A stretch of 64,000 bases of DNA from Microgenomates group bacterium GW2011_GWF2_46_18 (GCA_001002415.1 LCMB01000005.1:13621-77620); one strand, 5' to 3'; shown: positions 1-8,830, counted from the stretch's first letter. Numbers and translations: made by a program. The notes: generated by a model not told the origin, from the letters alone.

Positions 1-762
1 TTTATCGTGCCAAGAAGGGTCATTTTCCATAAATGACACTCCCTTTCCCCCTACCGTATTCGCCACAATCATTACCGGCCCCCCCATCACTTCTTTTGCC
101 TGCGTTATAGCTTCCATTATTTTATCCGTTCTATTCCCCTCAATTTCCAAAACATGTAGTCCAAAGGCTTCGAGCCTGCCCGCAACCTCGCCATAAGTAG
201 CCACTTGTGCCACATAATTTTCAATTTGGATCCGATTACGATCCAAAATAAATATTAAGTTGTCCAGTTGCCTACGCACGGCCGTGTTAAATGCTTCCCA
301 TACCTGTCCCTCCTGAATTTCCCCATCCGACAACACACAGTACACCCGCGGCGTAGTCTTCTGCGACCTTTGCCCATATTGTATTTTCAAAGCCAGTGCC
401 ATTCCGACAGCCACCGATACTCCCTGTCCCAATGGTCCCGCCGAAACCTCCACTTCTGGCAAACTTCCTCGTTCTGGATGACCCGGTAATCTACTCCCAG
501 CCTGCATAAAAGTCTTTAATTCCGACCTAGGAAAATTCCCATTCCGTGCAAGGGCCGCATACATAATTGGACAATAATGTCCGCAGGACAACACAATTTT
601 GTCTTGAGCCAAATCAACTACGCCCCCAAAATAGAGAACGGAATATATCTCTCCCGCCGACAGTGGTCCCGCCACATGCCCTGCTTGAGCCGTATGTACC
701 ATCCGCAAAACATCCCCCCGCAACTGATTCGCCACTCTCTGTAAATCTAAGGCAGGACCCAT
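1..762 (-). CDS. transketolase, N-terminal (TPP-binding) subunit; C-terminus runs off the window
   Basis: Own minus-strand translation from ATG 762, frame open to base 1: MGPALDLQRVANQLRGDVLRMVHTAQAGHVAGPLS...GSRLPGHPERGSLPEVEVSAGPLGQG...FMENDPSWHDK. These are split-transketolase N-terminal motifs. Absent from the ORF track because no stop lies inside the window. Confidence 0.85.
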   Translation of the reverse strand, partial: MGPALDLQRVANQLRGDVLRMVHTAQAGHVAGPLSAGEIYSVLYFGGVVDLAQDKIVLSCGHYCPIMYAALARNGNFPRSELKTFMQAGSRLPGHPERGSLPEVEVSAGPLGQGVSVAVGMALALKIQYGQRSQKTTPRVYCVLSDGEIQEGQVWEAFNTAVRRQLDNLIFILDRNRIQIENYVAQVATYGEVAGRLEAFGLHVLEIEGNRTDKIMEAITQAKEVMGGPVMIVANTVGGKGVSFMENDPSWHDK

Positions 763-776
763 ATTTCCAGTATAAC

Positions 777-1397
777 CTAACTCATAAATGCCCGTTCCGT
801 ACAATGTCGGCAATGAGTATGGTCAATTTTATTCAAAGCCTCTTCCAATTTTTTCATCGTCGGCAAGATATCATCAATCCCATCCACAATTCTAAACACA
901 TCCATCTCCTTCGCATCGATTAATAAGTTGTCATGAATAGCTCCAATGATTCCTCGCCAAAATGACCCCACCAAAATAAAGGGTTTATGGTGACCATAAT
1001 ATAGTTTGGCCAACACCCAGGCAGTCCCCAACTCCGAAACTGTCCCTGTACCTCCTTTGAAAAACAAAAAAATATCGCTCTCTTCCATTAACCGATACAT
1101 TCGCTCAATATAGTTGTCTGTCCTAATCTCTTTATCCGTCACATTTGAAAGATATCGTCCTTCAAACCCCGACGCATGCTCTGGGTAAAACGTCACCGAT
1201 TCCGTTTTCCCCCCCACACTCTCCGCTCCTCGTGTAGCCGCATCCATCACTCCCGGACCCCCTCCATTTACCACAACATACCCTCTCTGTGCCAGTTTTT
1301 TCGCCGCCTGATACGCAGTTTGGTAGATCTGATTACTCGGCAAAACTGCCGCGTCTCCAAAGATCGCTACCTTCTTAAACTTTATTTTCTTGTCCAT
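777..1397 (-). CDS. LOG family protein (TIGR00730-type, cytokinin riboside 5'-monophosphate phosphoribohydrolase-like)
   Basis: GGGPGVMDAATRGA...FKGGTGTVSELGTAW (PGGxGTxxE-type LOG signature). Track ORF starts at a GTG at 1409; I prefer ATG 1397 (MDKKIKF), which is preceded by GGAGGGGAGA. Confidence 0.8.
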   Translation of the reverse strand: MDKKIKFKKVAIFGDAAVLPSNQIYQTAYQAAKKLAQRGYVVVNGGGPGVMDAATRGAESVGGKTESVTFYPEHASGFEGRYLSNVTDKEIRTDNYIERMYRLMEESDIFLFFKGGTGTVSELGTAWVLAKLYYGHHKPFILVGSFWRGIIGAIHDNLLIDAKEMDVFRIVDGIDDILPTMKKLEEALNKIDHTHCRHCTERAFMS

Positions 1398-1987
1398 TCT
1401 CCCCTCCACCAGGCACTATTCGCTCCCGCTTCACTGGCTCCTGCCTCAACCGCCAGTTTGTATGTCTCTTTGTTTATTCCCCCGTCTACCAAAACCGCTC
1501 CAGCATATCTTCTTCGTAACTCCCTAATCTTCGGTAGTACTCGCTCGTCAAACTTATTCCCACTAGTCCCAACCGGTACTGCCATTAGCAATATCACCTT
1601 ACATTTATCCAAAACTTCCCTCTCCAATTCTGTAACTGGTGTCCCTATCCCCAAAGCGAGTCCTCCGGTAATTCCCCAATTCTCAATTTCTGCCAAAAAT
1701 CCCATTTGTTCTCCCATTCGCTCGATTTGTCCAATTATTCTCTTTGGCTTAACTGTCGCGCACTCCCGAATCCACTCCATTGGATCGTCCACCAGCAAAT
1801 GAAAATCTATCTGCATTTTCCCCAAATCAGCTCCCCCTAAATCAGCTGGTGTAATTGACAATAATTCACTAAACAACCCATCCCCAATATCAAAATGAAC
1901 TTGCTCGATCTGTTGCTCCCTCAGTAGCTCCAGCTTGGCTTTAACCTCCCCCAGTTCCGACTCCATGATAATCGGCGTAATCATCAC
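1382..1987 (-). CDS. rpe: ribulose-phosphate 3-epimerase-like TIM-barrel protein
   Basis: HFDIGDG...HLLV...DGGI pattern and ~200 aa length. Lies beside rpiB and transketolase (pentose-phosphate context). Confidence 0.7.
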   Translation of the reverse strand: MMITPIIMESELGEVKAKLELLREQQIEQVHFDIGDGLFSELLSITPADLGGADLGKMQIDFHLLVDDPMEWIRECATVKPKRIIGQIERMGEQMGFLAEIENWGITGGLALGIGTPVTELEREVLDKCKVILLMAVPVGTSGNKFDERVLPKIRELRRRYAGAVLVDGGINKETYKLAVEAGASEAGANSAWWRGEWTRK

Positions 1988-2433
1988 TGTCTTATTGCAA
2001 GATTTGCCAGTCTTGCTCTCCTTCGCACGTGTCTACTAGCCTCACTCTTTTCAGTCTGTAAGAACAACTCAACTCTGGTAATTGTCTCGTCTTTACTCAC
2101 CCAGTCCGCTGGTAAAACTAGCACATTTGCGTCTTCATCCTCTCTACCTTGAATTGTCACCTGATCATTAAACCCGACAATCGCCCGCACGTGGGAGAAA
2201 CGGTTTGCCACCATGTCAACTCCGTGACCACTCCCACAAAGGATAATTCCACGACTAGTTGTCCCATTCCCCTGAATCGACTCGGCAACTTTTAAAGCAA
2301 AGTCCACATAATCATCTTCCGGATCAAGCACATAGTTCCCCACATCCTCCACTTCATGCTCATTCTCTTGAAGCCAATTCTTTATCTCTTCCTTTAGCTC
2401 AAATCCCCGATGATCCGCCCCTATATATATCAT
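1984..2433 (-). CDS. rpiB: ribose-5-phosphate isomerase B
   Basis: MIYIGADHRGFELKEEI...ILCGSGHGVDMVANR, the RpiB/LacAB family signature. ATGA-type overlap with rpe. Confidence 0.9.
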   Translation of the reverse strand: MIYIGADHRGFELKEEIKNWLQENEHEVEDVGNYVLDPEDDYVDFALKVAESIQGNGTTSRGIILCGSGHGVDMVANRFSHVRAIVGFNDQVTIQGREDEDANVLVLPADWVSKDETITRVELFLQTEKSEASRHVRRRARLANLAIRQ

Positions 2434-2436
2434 GCT

Positions 2437-2952
2437 TTAATCATACCATTCCGGACTCACAAATCGGATTAATGCTGACAACACTATCTGCACATAAGCT
2501 TGCTTTCGATCCAATTGCCCTTTACTTAGCTTCCCAATTGCTCCCATTTTTTGTTTCACGTTACTCTCTCCCGTTAATTCATCCATAATCGGCCCCAACT
2601 CTCCTCCCTCTCTAATCTTCTCGGCCACTTTTCCCGGCAGTTCAAAATACAACCCTCCCCCAAATCCCTCTTCGCCCCGCTTATCTACCACACATGCCCA
2701 CGCACACTCAAACATTTTCCCGTCAATTTCAGTTACCCCTCCCTCGAGTCCCACCCCATATTCTCCCTGACCCAAAGCTGCCAAGGCCCGATTTCTTGCT
2801 CCCCTCTTCGTTTCTTCTTCACTTCTTGGCTGTTCCGCTACCCCACTGACTACCTCTTTCCCTTCAACTTCACATTCCGGCCAATATTTTTGGAAGGCCT
2901 CCATAACGGCCCCCACCTTAACTGGATTTGTACTTCCCACGGTTATTTTCAT
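2437..2952 (-). CDS. non-canonical purine NTP phosphatase (YjjX/DUF84-like)
   Basis: 171 aa starting MKITVGSTNPVKVGAV. Overall resemblance to the inosine/xanthosine triphosphatase family; family-level call from memory. Confidence 0.6.
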   Translation of the reverse strand: MKITVGSTNPVKVGAVMEAFQKYWPECEVEGKEVVSGVAEQPRSEEETKRGARNRALAALGQGEYGVGLEGGVTEIDGKMFECAWACVVDKRGEEGFGGGLYFELPGKVAEKIREGGELGPIMDELTGESNVKQKMGAIGKLSKGQLDRKQAYVQIVLSALIRFVSPEWYD

Positions 2953-2956
2953 CTTG

Positions 2957-3253
2957 TTATCGCATCCCCAATTTTAGTTTTCCTTCTTCACTCATTCTAT
3001 CAACTGTCCAAACTGGTTCCCACACTAACTCAACCTCTATTTTCTTCGCTCCCAGCTTTGCCAAGGCTTTCTTAATTGTATCTTCAATCACTGGTGCTAG
3101 TGGGCATCCCGGCGTCGTCAGTGTCATTATCACCTTTATCTCGTTTTGAACTACCTTAACCTCATAGATTAACCCCAAGTCCACAATACTAATTCCTAAC
3201 TCTGGATCCATCACTTTTGTTAGTTGAATTAGTACTGTCTCTTTTCTAATCAT
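2957..3253 (-). CDS. DUF59/MIP18 (SufT-like) Fe-S cluster assembly protein
   Basis: VMDPELGISIVDLGLIY...TLTTPGCPLA, the hallmark of the DUF59 domain. Confidence 0.8.
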   Translation of the reverse strand: MIRKETVLIQLTKVMDPELGISIVDLGLIYEVKVVQNEIKVIMTLTTPGCPLAPVIEDTIKKALAKLGAKKIEVELVWEPVWTVDRMSEEGKLKLGMR

Positions 3254-3277
3254 GCGTTGTGATTATACAATCTATCT

Positions 3278-4399
3278 ATGTCTCTCCCCAACCAAGCTCA
3301 AAAAATTACTCTTAACTCACTGAGGAAATGTTATCGCGACTACGGGATCATTGCTGGCCCTCACCACTTCACCGATTATTGGGCTCGTGATGGTTTTTTT
3401 GCGGCTTTCGGCGCCCTCTCGGTCGGTGATGACCAAATTGTTCGACAAATGCTTAAGCTTTTCTTCACTCACCAACGTCGAGACGGGTTGATTCCCTATC
3501 GTCTCATGCGTGGACCAGTCACACTTGGCAAATATCTCGGCTTTCCCAAATATTATTCTCAACCTCGTCCCACCTATCGATTGCGCGGACTAGGACCCGA
3601 GGTCCTCGATGGCACTACCCTCACTCTTCTTTTTACCGCACTGCTTCAGGAAAAATCTTTTCTCCCTCAAATTAAACTTGCTCTCCAATATCTCATAACC
3701 CGTGAAAAACACGGACTCCTTTGGGACGGACCTATGGCGGAATGGAACGATATTATTTGGAAATGGGGTAATCTTCTCTATTCCAATATAATTTACTGGT
3801 ACATGTACGATCGTTTGGCCAGCTGGACCAATAGTTTTGATCCCACCTGGAGTCGAACTCTTATTCGTAAGCGTGATTCCCTTGCTCACTCGCTCCGTTC
3901 TCGTCTCTGGAACGGCCATTACTTTGCCGATTGGCACGATCACTGCCGACAGGATTATTTTTATCCTTTCGGCAACTGCCTAGCCATCGCTTGGGGACTA
4001 ACTGCCCCCGCCGAATCAGATTCCATTCTTGCCCATTGTCAAAAATCCTCTACTCAATTTACTCTTCCCACCAATACTCCCAACTACCCATGGTGGAGAG
4101 TTGATTTTCTTCAAAGACTAACCATGATGGGTGACTATCAAAACAACCATGTTCTCTGGTGGCAACCAATAGCTACCTATCTAGCCGCCCTCAAACATCA
4201 AAACAAAACTCGCCAAGTAAAATCCGTTACCACCCAAATTACCACAAAAATCCTTTATGATCAGACTATTTACGAATGTTTTGAACCCAATGGAAAACCA
4301 CTTAAACGTTTTTTCTATCAAGCCGAACAACCCTTCGCCTGGGCTTCCGGTCTTATTCTTTGGTCGTTAGCATATAATACTCAGCATGATAAGATCTAA
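3278..4399 (+). CDS. six-hairpin glycosidase-like protein (amylo-alpha-1,6-glucosidase / GH63-like)
   Basis: 373 aa, aromatic-rich (DYWARDGFF, GLLWDGPMAEWND, QPFAWASG) as in (alpha/alpha)6 glycoside hydrolases. TACAAT at 3266-3271 lies 6 nt before the ATG. Confidence 0.55.
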   Translation: MSLPNQAQKITLNSLRKCYRDYGIIAGPHHFTDYWARDGFFAAFGALSVGDDQIVRQMLKLFFTHQRRDGLIPYRLMRGPVTLGKYLGFPKYYSQPRPTYRLRGLGPEVLDGTTLTLLFTALLQEKSFLPQIKLALQYLITREKHGLLWDGPMAEWNDIIWKWGNLLYSNIIYWYMYDRLASWTNSFDPTWSRTLIRKRDSLAHSLRSRLWNGHYFADWHDHCRQDYFYPFGNCLAIAWGLTAPAESDSILAHCQKSSTQFTLPTNTPNYPWWRVDFLQRLTMMGDYQNNHVLWWQPIATYLAALKHQNKTRQVKSVTTQITTKILYDQTIYECFEPNGKPLKRFFYQAEQPFAWASGLILWSLAYNTQHDKI

Positions 4400-5204
4400 A
4401 CCCTTTTTCTCCATCATTATTCCAGCTCTGAACGAGGTCAAATATCTCCCCCACCTATTGGAAGACCTCACCTCTCAAACTTTTCGCGACTTCGAAGTCC
4501 TTGTCGTTGATGGACACTCTCGGGATCAAACAGTTGCCAAAGCCAAGCTCTTTGCTCGACGCCTCCCCCACTTAACTATTCTTCAAAGTCCCCAACCCCA
4601 CGTCTGTGTTCAACGTAACCTTGGTGCCAAAAAAGCTCACTCCGAGATCCTAGTCTTTCTGGATGCCGACAATTCTCTTCCCTCCTATTTTCTCCAAGGC
4701 CTCAAATACCGCTGGGAAAGTAGTCACGTCGACATCCTCGCCTGTTGGTTCAAGCCTGATATTATGAAGCCCAGTAATGAAACTATCGCGACAGCCGTCA
4801 ATCTCTTCCTCGAGCTCCAACACACTCTCAAACCCACCTATTTACTTGAGTCCATGTTTGCGATCACCAAATCTTGTTTTCAAACTATCGGCGGTTTTGA
4901 TGAAAGTGTTAACTACGCCGAAGGTAAATCTCTTATTCAATCAGCCATCTCTCACGGTTATACCTCCAAAGTAGTCCGTGATCCCGTCTACACCTACTCC
5001 TTCCGTCGCCTGCGCAAGTTTGGCGTTCTTAGCATGGCCAACCGGATTGCCAAAATGGAACTCTCAGCTCTTCTTAACCAAGACCTCTCCAAAACCAAAT
5101 TCACCGACCTCTACCCCATGCAAGGAGGTTCTTTCTTTCACCAATCCGCCCGTGCCCGCTCGCGCTTCCTCACCAACATCACCAAGCTTCTCAAAAATCT
5201 CTAA
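4386..5204 (+). CDS. family 2 glycosyltransferase
   Basis: FSIIIPALNE...VVDGHSRDQT...FLDADN (GT-A fold, DxD motif). Overlaps the upstream glycosidase gene by 14 nt. Confidence 0.85.
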   Translation: MIRSKPFFSIIIPALNEVKYLPHLLEDLTSQTFRDFEVLVVDGHSRDQTVAKAKLFARRLPHLTILQSPQPHVCVQRNLGAKKAHSEILVFLDADNSLPSYFLQGLKYRWESSHVDILACWFKPDIMKPSNETIATAVNLFLELQHTLKPTYLLESMFAITKSCFQTIGGFDESVNYAEGKSLIQSAISHGYTSKVVRDPVYTYSFRRLRKFGVLSMANRIAKMELSALLNQDLSKTKFTDLYPMQGGSFFHQSARARSRFLTNITKLLKNL

Positions 5205-5269
5205 TTCTCCCAAAAAACCAGCCCCTTCCCTACCATTAGTAGAGTCAGATGCTGGTCTTTCGTGCTTGG

Positions 5270-5467
5270 TTAAGCTTTTTTCAAAACCGGCATGCCGGTA
5301 CGTTTCGTCTCAATTACCATGTAACCACCAGGAACATCATTCAATGCTTCTGGACGTACATCACGAGCGAAATAATAGATCTGTTGGGTGCGGCCATTTT
5401 TCAGAGTCACTTTCTTGCCGTGGAGGTAGTAGGTATCACCCTTGCTGTTTGTGTATGAATATGCCAT
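5270..5467 (-). CDS. small basic hypothetical protein (65 aa)
   Basis: Stand-alone ORF with a sigma70-like promoter and a purine-rich stretch upstream. No family recognised. Confidence 0.5.
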   Translation of the reverse strand: MAYSYTNSKGDTYYLHGKKVTLKNGRTQQIYYFARDVRPEALNDVPGGYMVIETKRTGMPVLKKA

Positions 5468-5511
5468 TGTTGCTTCACCCCCTTCCTCAAGTAACCAGAT
5501 ATCTACCTCTG

Positions 5512-5550
5512 GTTATACCCTGGTCACCTAAGCTTGTCAATAGACCTCTA
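5512..5550 (-). promoter_or_regulatory. sigma70-type promoter (TTGACA - 17 nt - TATAAC) for the 65-aa gene
   Basis: Minus strand reads TTGACAagcttaggtgaccagggTATAAC. + strand coordinates are tgtcaa 5545-5550 and gttata 5512-5517. Confidence 0.5.
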
Positions 5551-5585
5551 ATCTGGAAAACTGCCGCTCACTGCTACAAACAATG

Positions 5586-6215
5586 TCACTCTTTAGTTAG
5601 TTCCGCTATTCTAGCCTCCAACTGGGTAAACTCCGTCTTTATCCCATTCACAAAGAAAGTAGGCGTTCCGGTCAACCGATATCGTGTTGCCGCCAACAAG
5701 TCGTTCGCTACCACCTGTTTGGTCTGATCACTCTCCAAGTCGCTCACAAATTTTTCCTTCTCCATCCCGATCTTTCCTGCATATTCGCTTAGTTTCTCTC
5801 TTGGATCAGTCAGTTCCGCCCATTCAGTTTGTTTCTCAAACAATAAGTCATGCATTTCCCAAAATTTACCCTGTTGGTAAGCTGCTTCCGTTGCTCGCGC
5901 AGCAATTTGGGCATTTTTGTGAATGTTGCTTAGGGGGAAATGGCGGTAAACCATGGTAATTTTATCTTGATATTTTAGTAGTATTGCCGTCAATGGTTCC
6001 TGCACTGCCCGACAAGCCGGGCACTGGAAATCACTAAACTCAACCAGGATTATATTTCCGCTTCCTTCCTTGTACCTCATTTCTCCGGCAATCTCCGCAA
6101 TCGGCTTTTCTTCCTGCTGTCCAAAGTTCCATAGTAGTCCCCCCACTCCCAACATTACCCCAACAGTTATCACTAAGAACGTAATTATGGTTCTAGTATT
6201 CATAGTGGTGGCCAA
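5586..6215 (-). CDS. DsbA-family thiol:disulfide oxidoreductase, membrane-anchored
   Basis: N-terminal TM helix, then the thioredoxin-fold CPAC active site (FSDFQCPACR). Confidence 0.85.
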   Translation of the reverse strand: MATTMNTRTIITFLVITVGVMLGVGGLLWNFGQQEEKPIAEIAGEMRYKEGSGNIILVEFSDFQCPACRAVQEPLTAILLKYQDKITMVYRHFPLSNIHKNAQIAARATEAAYQQGKFWEMHDLLFEKQTEWAELTDPREKLSEYAGKIGMEKEKFVSDLESDQTKQVVANDLLAATRYRLTGTPTFFVNGIKTEFTQLEARIAELTKE

Positions 6216-6478
6216 AGTCTTTTATCCCCTTCCCAGATCTCTATTGCTCCCGTTGGACAGCTTTGAGCCGCCAACATGATATTGTCTGGTTCATCCTTCC
6301 CTTTTTCGATTATCTCGACCAAATTCTCTTCATTTAGTTTAAATATATTGGGGGCAATCGCCACACACGATGCTGCCGCAATACACTTGGATTGGATTGC
6401 CTTCACGCTATATTTTCCTATTTGTCTCACAATTTTTACGTCATCGCTCATACTTGTTCCTTGCATGGTCCCGCTCAC
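6200..6478 (-). CDS. small ferredoxin
   Basis: CIAAASCVAIAP...AQSCPTGAI, the Cys pattern of single-cluster ferredoxins. The true start may be an internal Met. Confidence 0.7.
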   Translation of the reverse strand: MSGTMQGTSMSDDVKIVRQIGKYSVKAIQSKCIAAASCVAIAPNIFKLNEENLVEIIEKGKDEPDNIMLAAQSCPTGAIEIWEGDKRLWPPL

Positions 6479-6638
6479 GAGCTTCTATAATACCACGACA
6501 AATCGGGCAATACCGCGGGCTCGGTAACCCTCTACTTTTGTACAATTTTTGCTCTTCTTTGGACCACACAAACCCCTGGGTACAATTCTGACATTTTATA
6601 ATCTCTTCCATTCCTTCCTTTCTAACTAAACTTTTCAT
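6441..6638 (-). CDS. zinc-ribbon domain protein
   Basis: CQNC...(EEQKLYKSRGLPSPRY)CPIC, a two-CxxC zinc-ribbon pattern in 65 aa. Confidence 0.6.
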   Translation of the reverse strand: MKSLVRKEGMEEIIKCQNCTQGFVWSKEEQKLYKSRGLPSPRYCPICRGIIEARERDHARNKYER

Positions 6639-7353
6639 GGTAAATATCTTCCCTCTTCATTCCGAGCTCTTCCAGTTTAGCCGCAATCTCTATAACTACC
6701 GCTTGTCTCCCGCACACATACGCTTCCCATTGGGTTAGTCCCTGAGGAAAATCACGCATTAAACAATCCTGAACATGCCCACTACACAATTCCCATTTTT
6801 CGCTTGGCTTCGACAAGACTATGTCAAACACAAAATTTGGGTACGTTTCTGCCAATCTTTCCAAGTTATCGACCCAAAACAAATCTTCTTCGCTGCGCAT
6901 CCCCCAATGCAACCTCATTTGTCTTCTTTCGTGCTTGTTAATTAATAGATCGTTGATCATACTCCACAAAGGCACAATTCCCGACCCCGTTGCTACAAAC
7001 AACAGGTTGTTGTTTCGCAACTCCGTCTTCTGAATTACAAATTGTCCCAACGGAGCCAAAATTTCCACTTCTTCACCCAACTTTATCTTCTGTAAATATG
7101 TACTTCCCACTCCCCCTGGTACCATCTCCGCCACCAAGTTAATTCCGTGTTCATTGTCTGGAGTCGATGCAATGGAGTAACTCCGCCTCATCCCTCGCTC
7201 ATCTACTCTCAAAGACGCATACTGCCCCGCGGTAAAGCTGATTCTATCCGGCTTAGTTAATTCCAATTTAATCAGCCAAAAATGCTGATTCTCGGTCAAA
7301 TATATTTTTTCACTCACCCGCGCGATATATTTCATGTTGCTATTGTACCTCAA
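6622..7353 (-). CDS. ferredoxin-NADP(+) reductase-like FAD/NAD(P)-binding oxidoreductase
   Basis: RSYSIAS (RxYS FAD-binding motif), GVGSTYL and LLFVATGSGIVP (NAD(P)-binding Gly-rich motif). Confidence 0.8.
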   Translation of the reverse strand: MRYNSNMKYIARVSEKIYLTENQHFWLIKLELTKPDRISFTAGQYASLRVDERGMRRSYSIASTPDNEHGINLVAEMVPGGVGSTYLQKIKLGEEVEILAPLGQFVIQKTELRNNNLLFVATGSGIVPLWSMINDLLINKHERRQMRLHWGMRSEEDLFWVDNLERLAETYPNFVFDIVLSKPSEKWELCSGHVQDCLMRDFPQGLTQWEAYVCGRQAVVIEIAAKLEELGMKREDIYHEKFS

Positions 7354-7382
7354 ACCTTCTTCCCCCCTGATACAATACGCTC

Positions 7383-8468
7383 ATGCAAATTCTCTCGCAA
7401 AATGACCCGCTCGCAATTTCCTTAGCTTGTCAGGCCCTCTCCCGTGGGGAGCTTATCATCTATCCGACCGAAACCTGTTATGGTCTTGGTGCCGATCCTA
7501 CTAACCCCCAAGCTATCACCCAACTCCTTGCCTACAAAGGTGATCGCCATCGCCAAGTCGCCATCGCCGTCGCGAGTCGCGCCATGGCCGAACAATTTGT
7601 TGAGCTTAACCCAATTGCCGATAATCTCTACACTCACTTCCTTCCCGGCCCGATCACCGTCATTTCCCAATCCCGTCACCGCTTAGACAAGCGGCTAGAA
7701 TCAGCCACCGGAACTCTCGGCGTTCGCCTCCCCAACTTCCCCCTCACCTTGGCTTTGCTTCAACAATTTGGTCGCCCCCTTACCGCTACCAGCGCCAATA
7801 CCAGCGGCAAAAAAGAACCTTACTCCCGTTCTGATTGGCAGAAATACACTACTTCGTCCAAACAGTCACACGTTTCCCTCTTCCTCGACGCTGGCTCCCT
7901 TGCTAATCGTCCGACCAGTACCGTGGTCGACACCACTCTCAACGAACCCCAAATTCTTCGTCAGGGTCAGCTCATCATTCCCGCTCTTTCTCCCTCCCTT
8001 ATTTCCCACTCAGCCAAACAAACTCAGCAATTTGCCCAAACTATTCTATCAACTCACCTTGCTCTAACTCGCCGTCTCCCGCTCATTCTCGCACTCCAGG
8101 GAGAACTCGGTGTTGGTAAAACTCAGTTTTGTAAAGGACTCGCCCACGAACTAGGTATTCACTCCGTCCTCTCTTCCCCAACCTATACTCTCCTCAAAGA
8201 ATATCCCTACCACACTTCTAAATATCAAGGTGTTCTCTATCACATCGATACTTGGCGGCTCCCCGACGTTACCGAACTAGAATCCTCTCTCCATCTTTCT
8301 CAACTCTTAAAACCCGGCAGTATTCTCGCCATCGAATGGGCCGGCAAAGCCAAAAAAATCCTTCATTCATACGAAAAAGAAATTCCAATTCTAGTGATCA
8401 ATATTAAAGAATTAGACGAGAATACCCGCCAAATTACTTACGCCTTTTCCTCTCCTGAATGGAACTAG
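7383..8468 (+). CDS. fused L-threonylcarbamoyladenylate synthase (TsaC/Sua5-YrdC domain) + t6A ATPase TsaE
   Basis: N-terminal half: IYPTETCYGLGADP...LGVRLP...TATSANTSG...VVDTT (YrdC/Sua5). C-terminal half: LQGELGVGKTQFCKGL...SPTYTLLKEY...LYHIDTWRL (TsaE/YjeE). TGaTACAAT at 7368-7376 ends 6 nt before the ATG. Confidence 0.8.
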   Translation: MQILSQNDPLAISLACQALSRGELIIYPTETCYGLGADPTNPQAITQLLAYKGDRHRQVAIAVASRAMAEQFVELNPIADNLYTHFLPGPITVISQSRHRLDKRLESATGTLGVRLPNFPLTLALLQQFGRPLTATSANTSGKKEPYSRSDWQKYTTSSKQSHVSLFLDAGSLANRPTSTVVDTTLNEPQILRQGQLIIPALSPSLISHSAKQTQQFAQTILSTHLALTRRLPLILALQGELGVGKTQFCKGLAHELGIHSVLSSPTYTLLKEYPYHTSKYQGVLYHIDTWRLPDVTELESSLHLSQLLKPGSILAIEWAGKAKKILHSYEKEIPILVINIKELDENTRQITYAFSSPEWN

Positions 8469-8830
8469 AGCTTATACTTTTCTAGAGTTTGTTGGAGTTT
8501 TTGCGGATCCCCTTTTGTTGGATTTGGATTGCTAATTTTCCCTACCTTTAAGTGAATATGGGCGTGGGGAACTTGCCAGCCATCAATATTTGATCGGACA
8601 ATATCCCTTGATACCTCACGGAAATGTCGTGCAATTTTCCCGACCACCTCAAAATACTCTCCCAATTCCTCCACCTCCCACACCCACTCTACATGCTTCT
8701 TCGGGATTACCAATGTGTGCCCTTCTGCGGATGGGTATATATCCAAAAAAGCCAAGTATTTTTCGTCCTCATAAATTTTATAACTTGGGATCTCCCCCGC
8801 CACAATTTTACAAAACACACATTCGGTCAT
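8465..8830 (-). CDS. HIT family hydrolase
   Basis: CVFCKIVAGEIPSYKIYEDE...HAHIHL histidine triad. Track ORF extends to 8908; I prefer Met27 (MTECVFC), as is typical of HIT N-termini. Confidence 0.85.
   Translation of the reverse strand: MTECVFCKIVAGEIPSYKIYEDEKYLAFLDIYPSAEGHTLVIPKKHVEWVWEVEELGEYFEVVGKIARHFREVSRDIVRSNIDGWQVPHAHIHLKVGKISNPNPTKGDPQKLQQTLEKYKL

Noticed and set aside
268-923. + strand ORFs 268-489 and 567-923 from the ORF track
   Set aside because: Their sequences are low-complexity P/S/L/H-rich. The opposite strand translates cleanly into a transketolase N-terminal subunit across the same span, so they are shadow ORFs.
1176-1802. Many long antisense or alternate-frame ORFs. Examples: 1176-1802 +, 4978-5727 +, 11554-12114 +, 23033-23644 +, 38037-38547 on both strands, 46024-46614 -, and 10902-11360 +.
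   Set aside because: Each lies wholly inside a gene with clear family motifs on the other strand or frame. They are S/P/L/A/R-rich and motif-free. The strong strand composition bias suppresses stop codons in non-coding frames.
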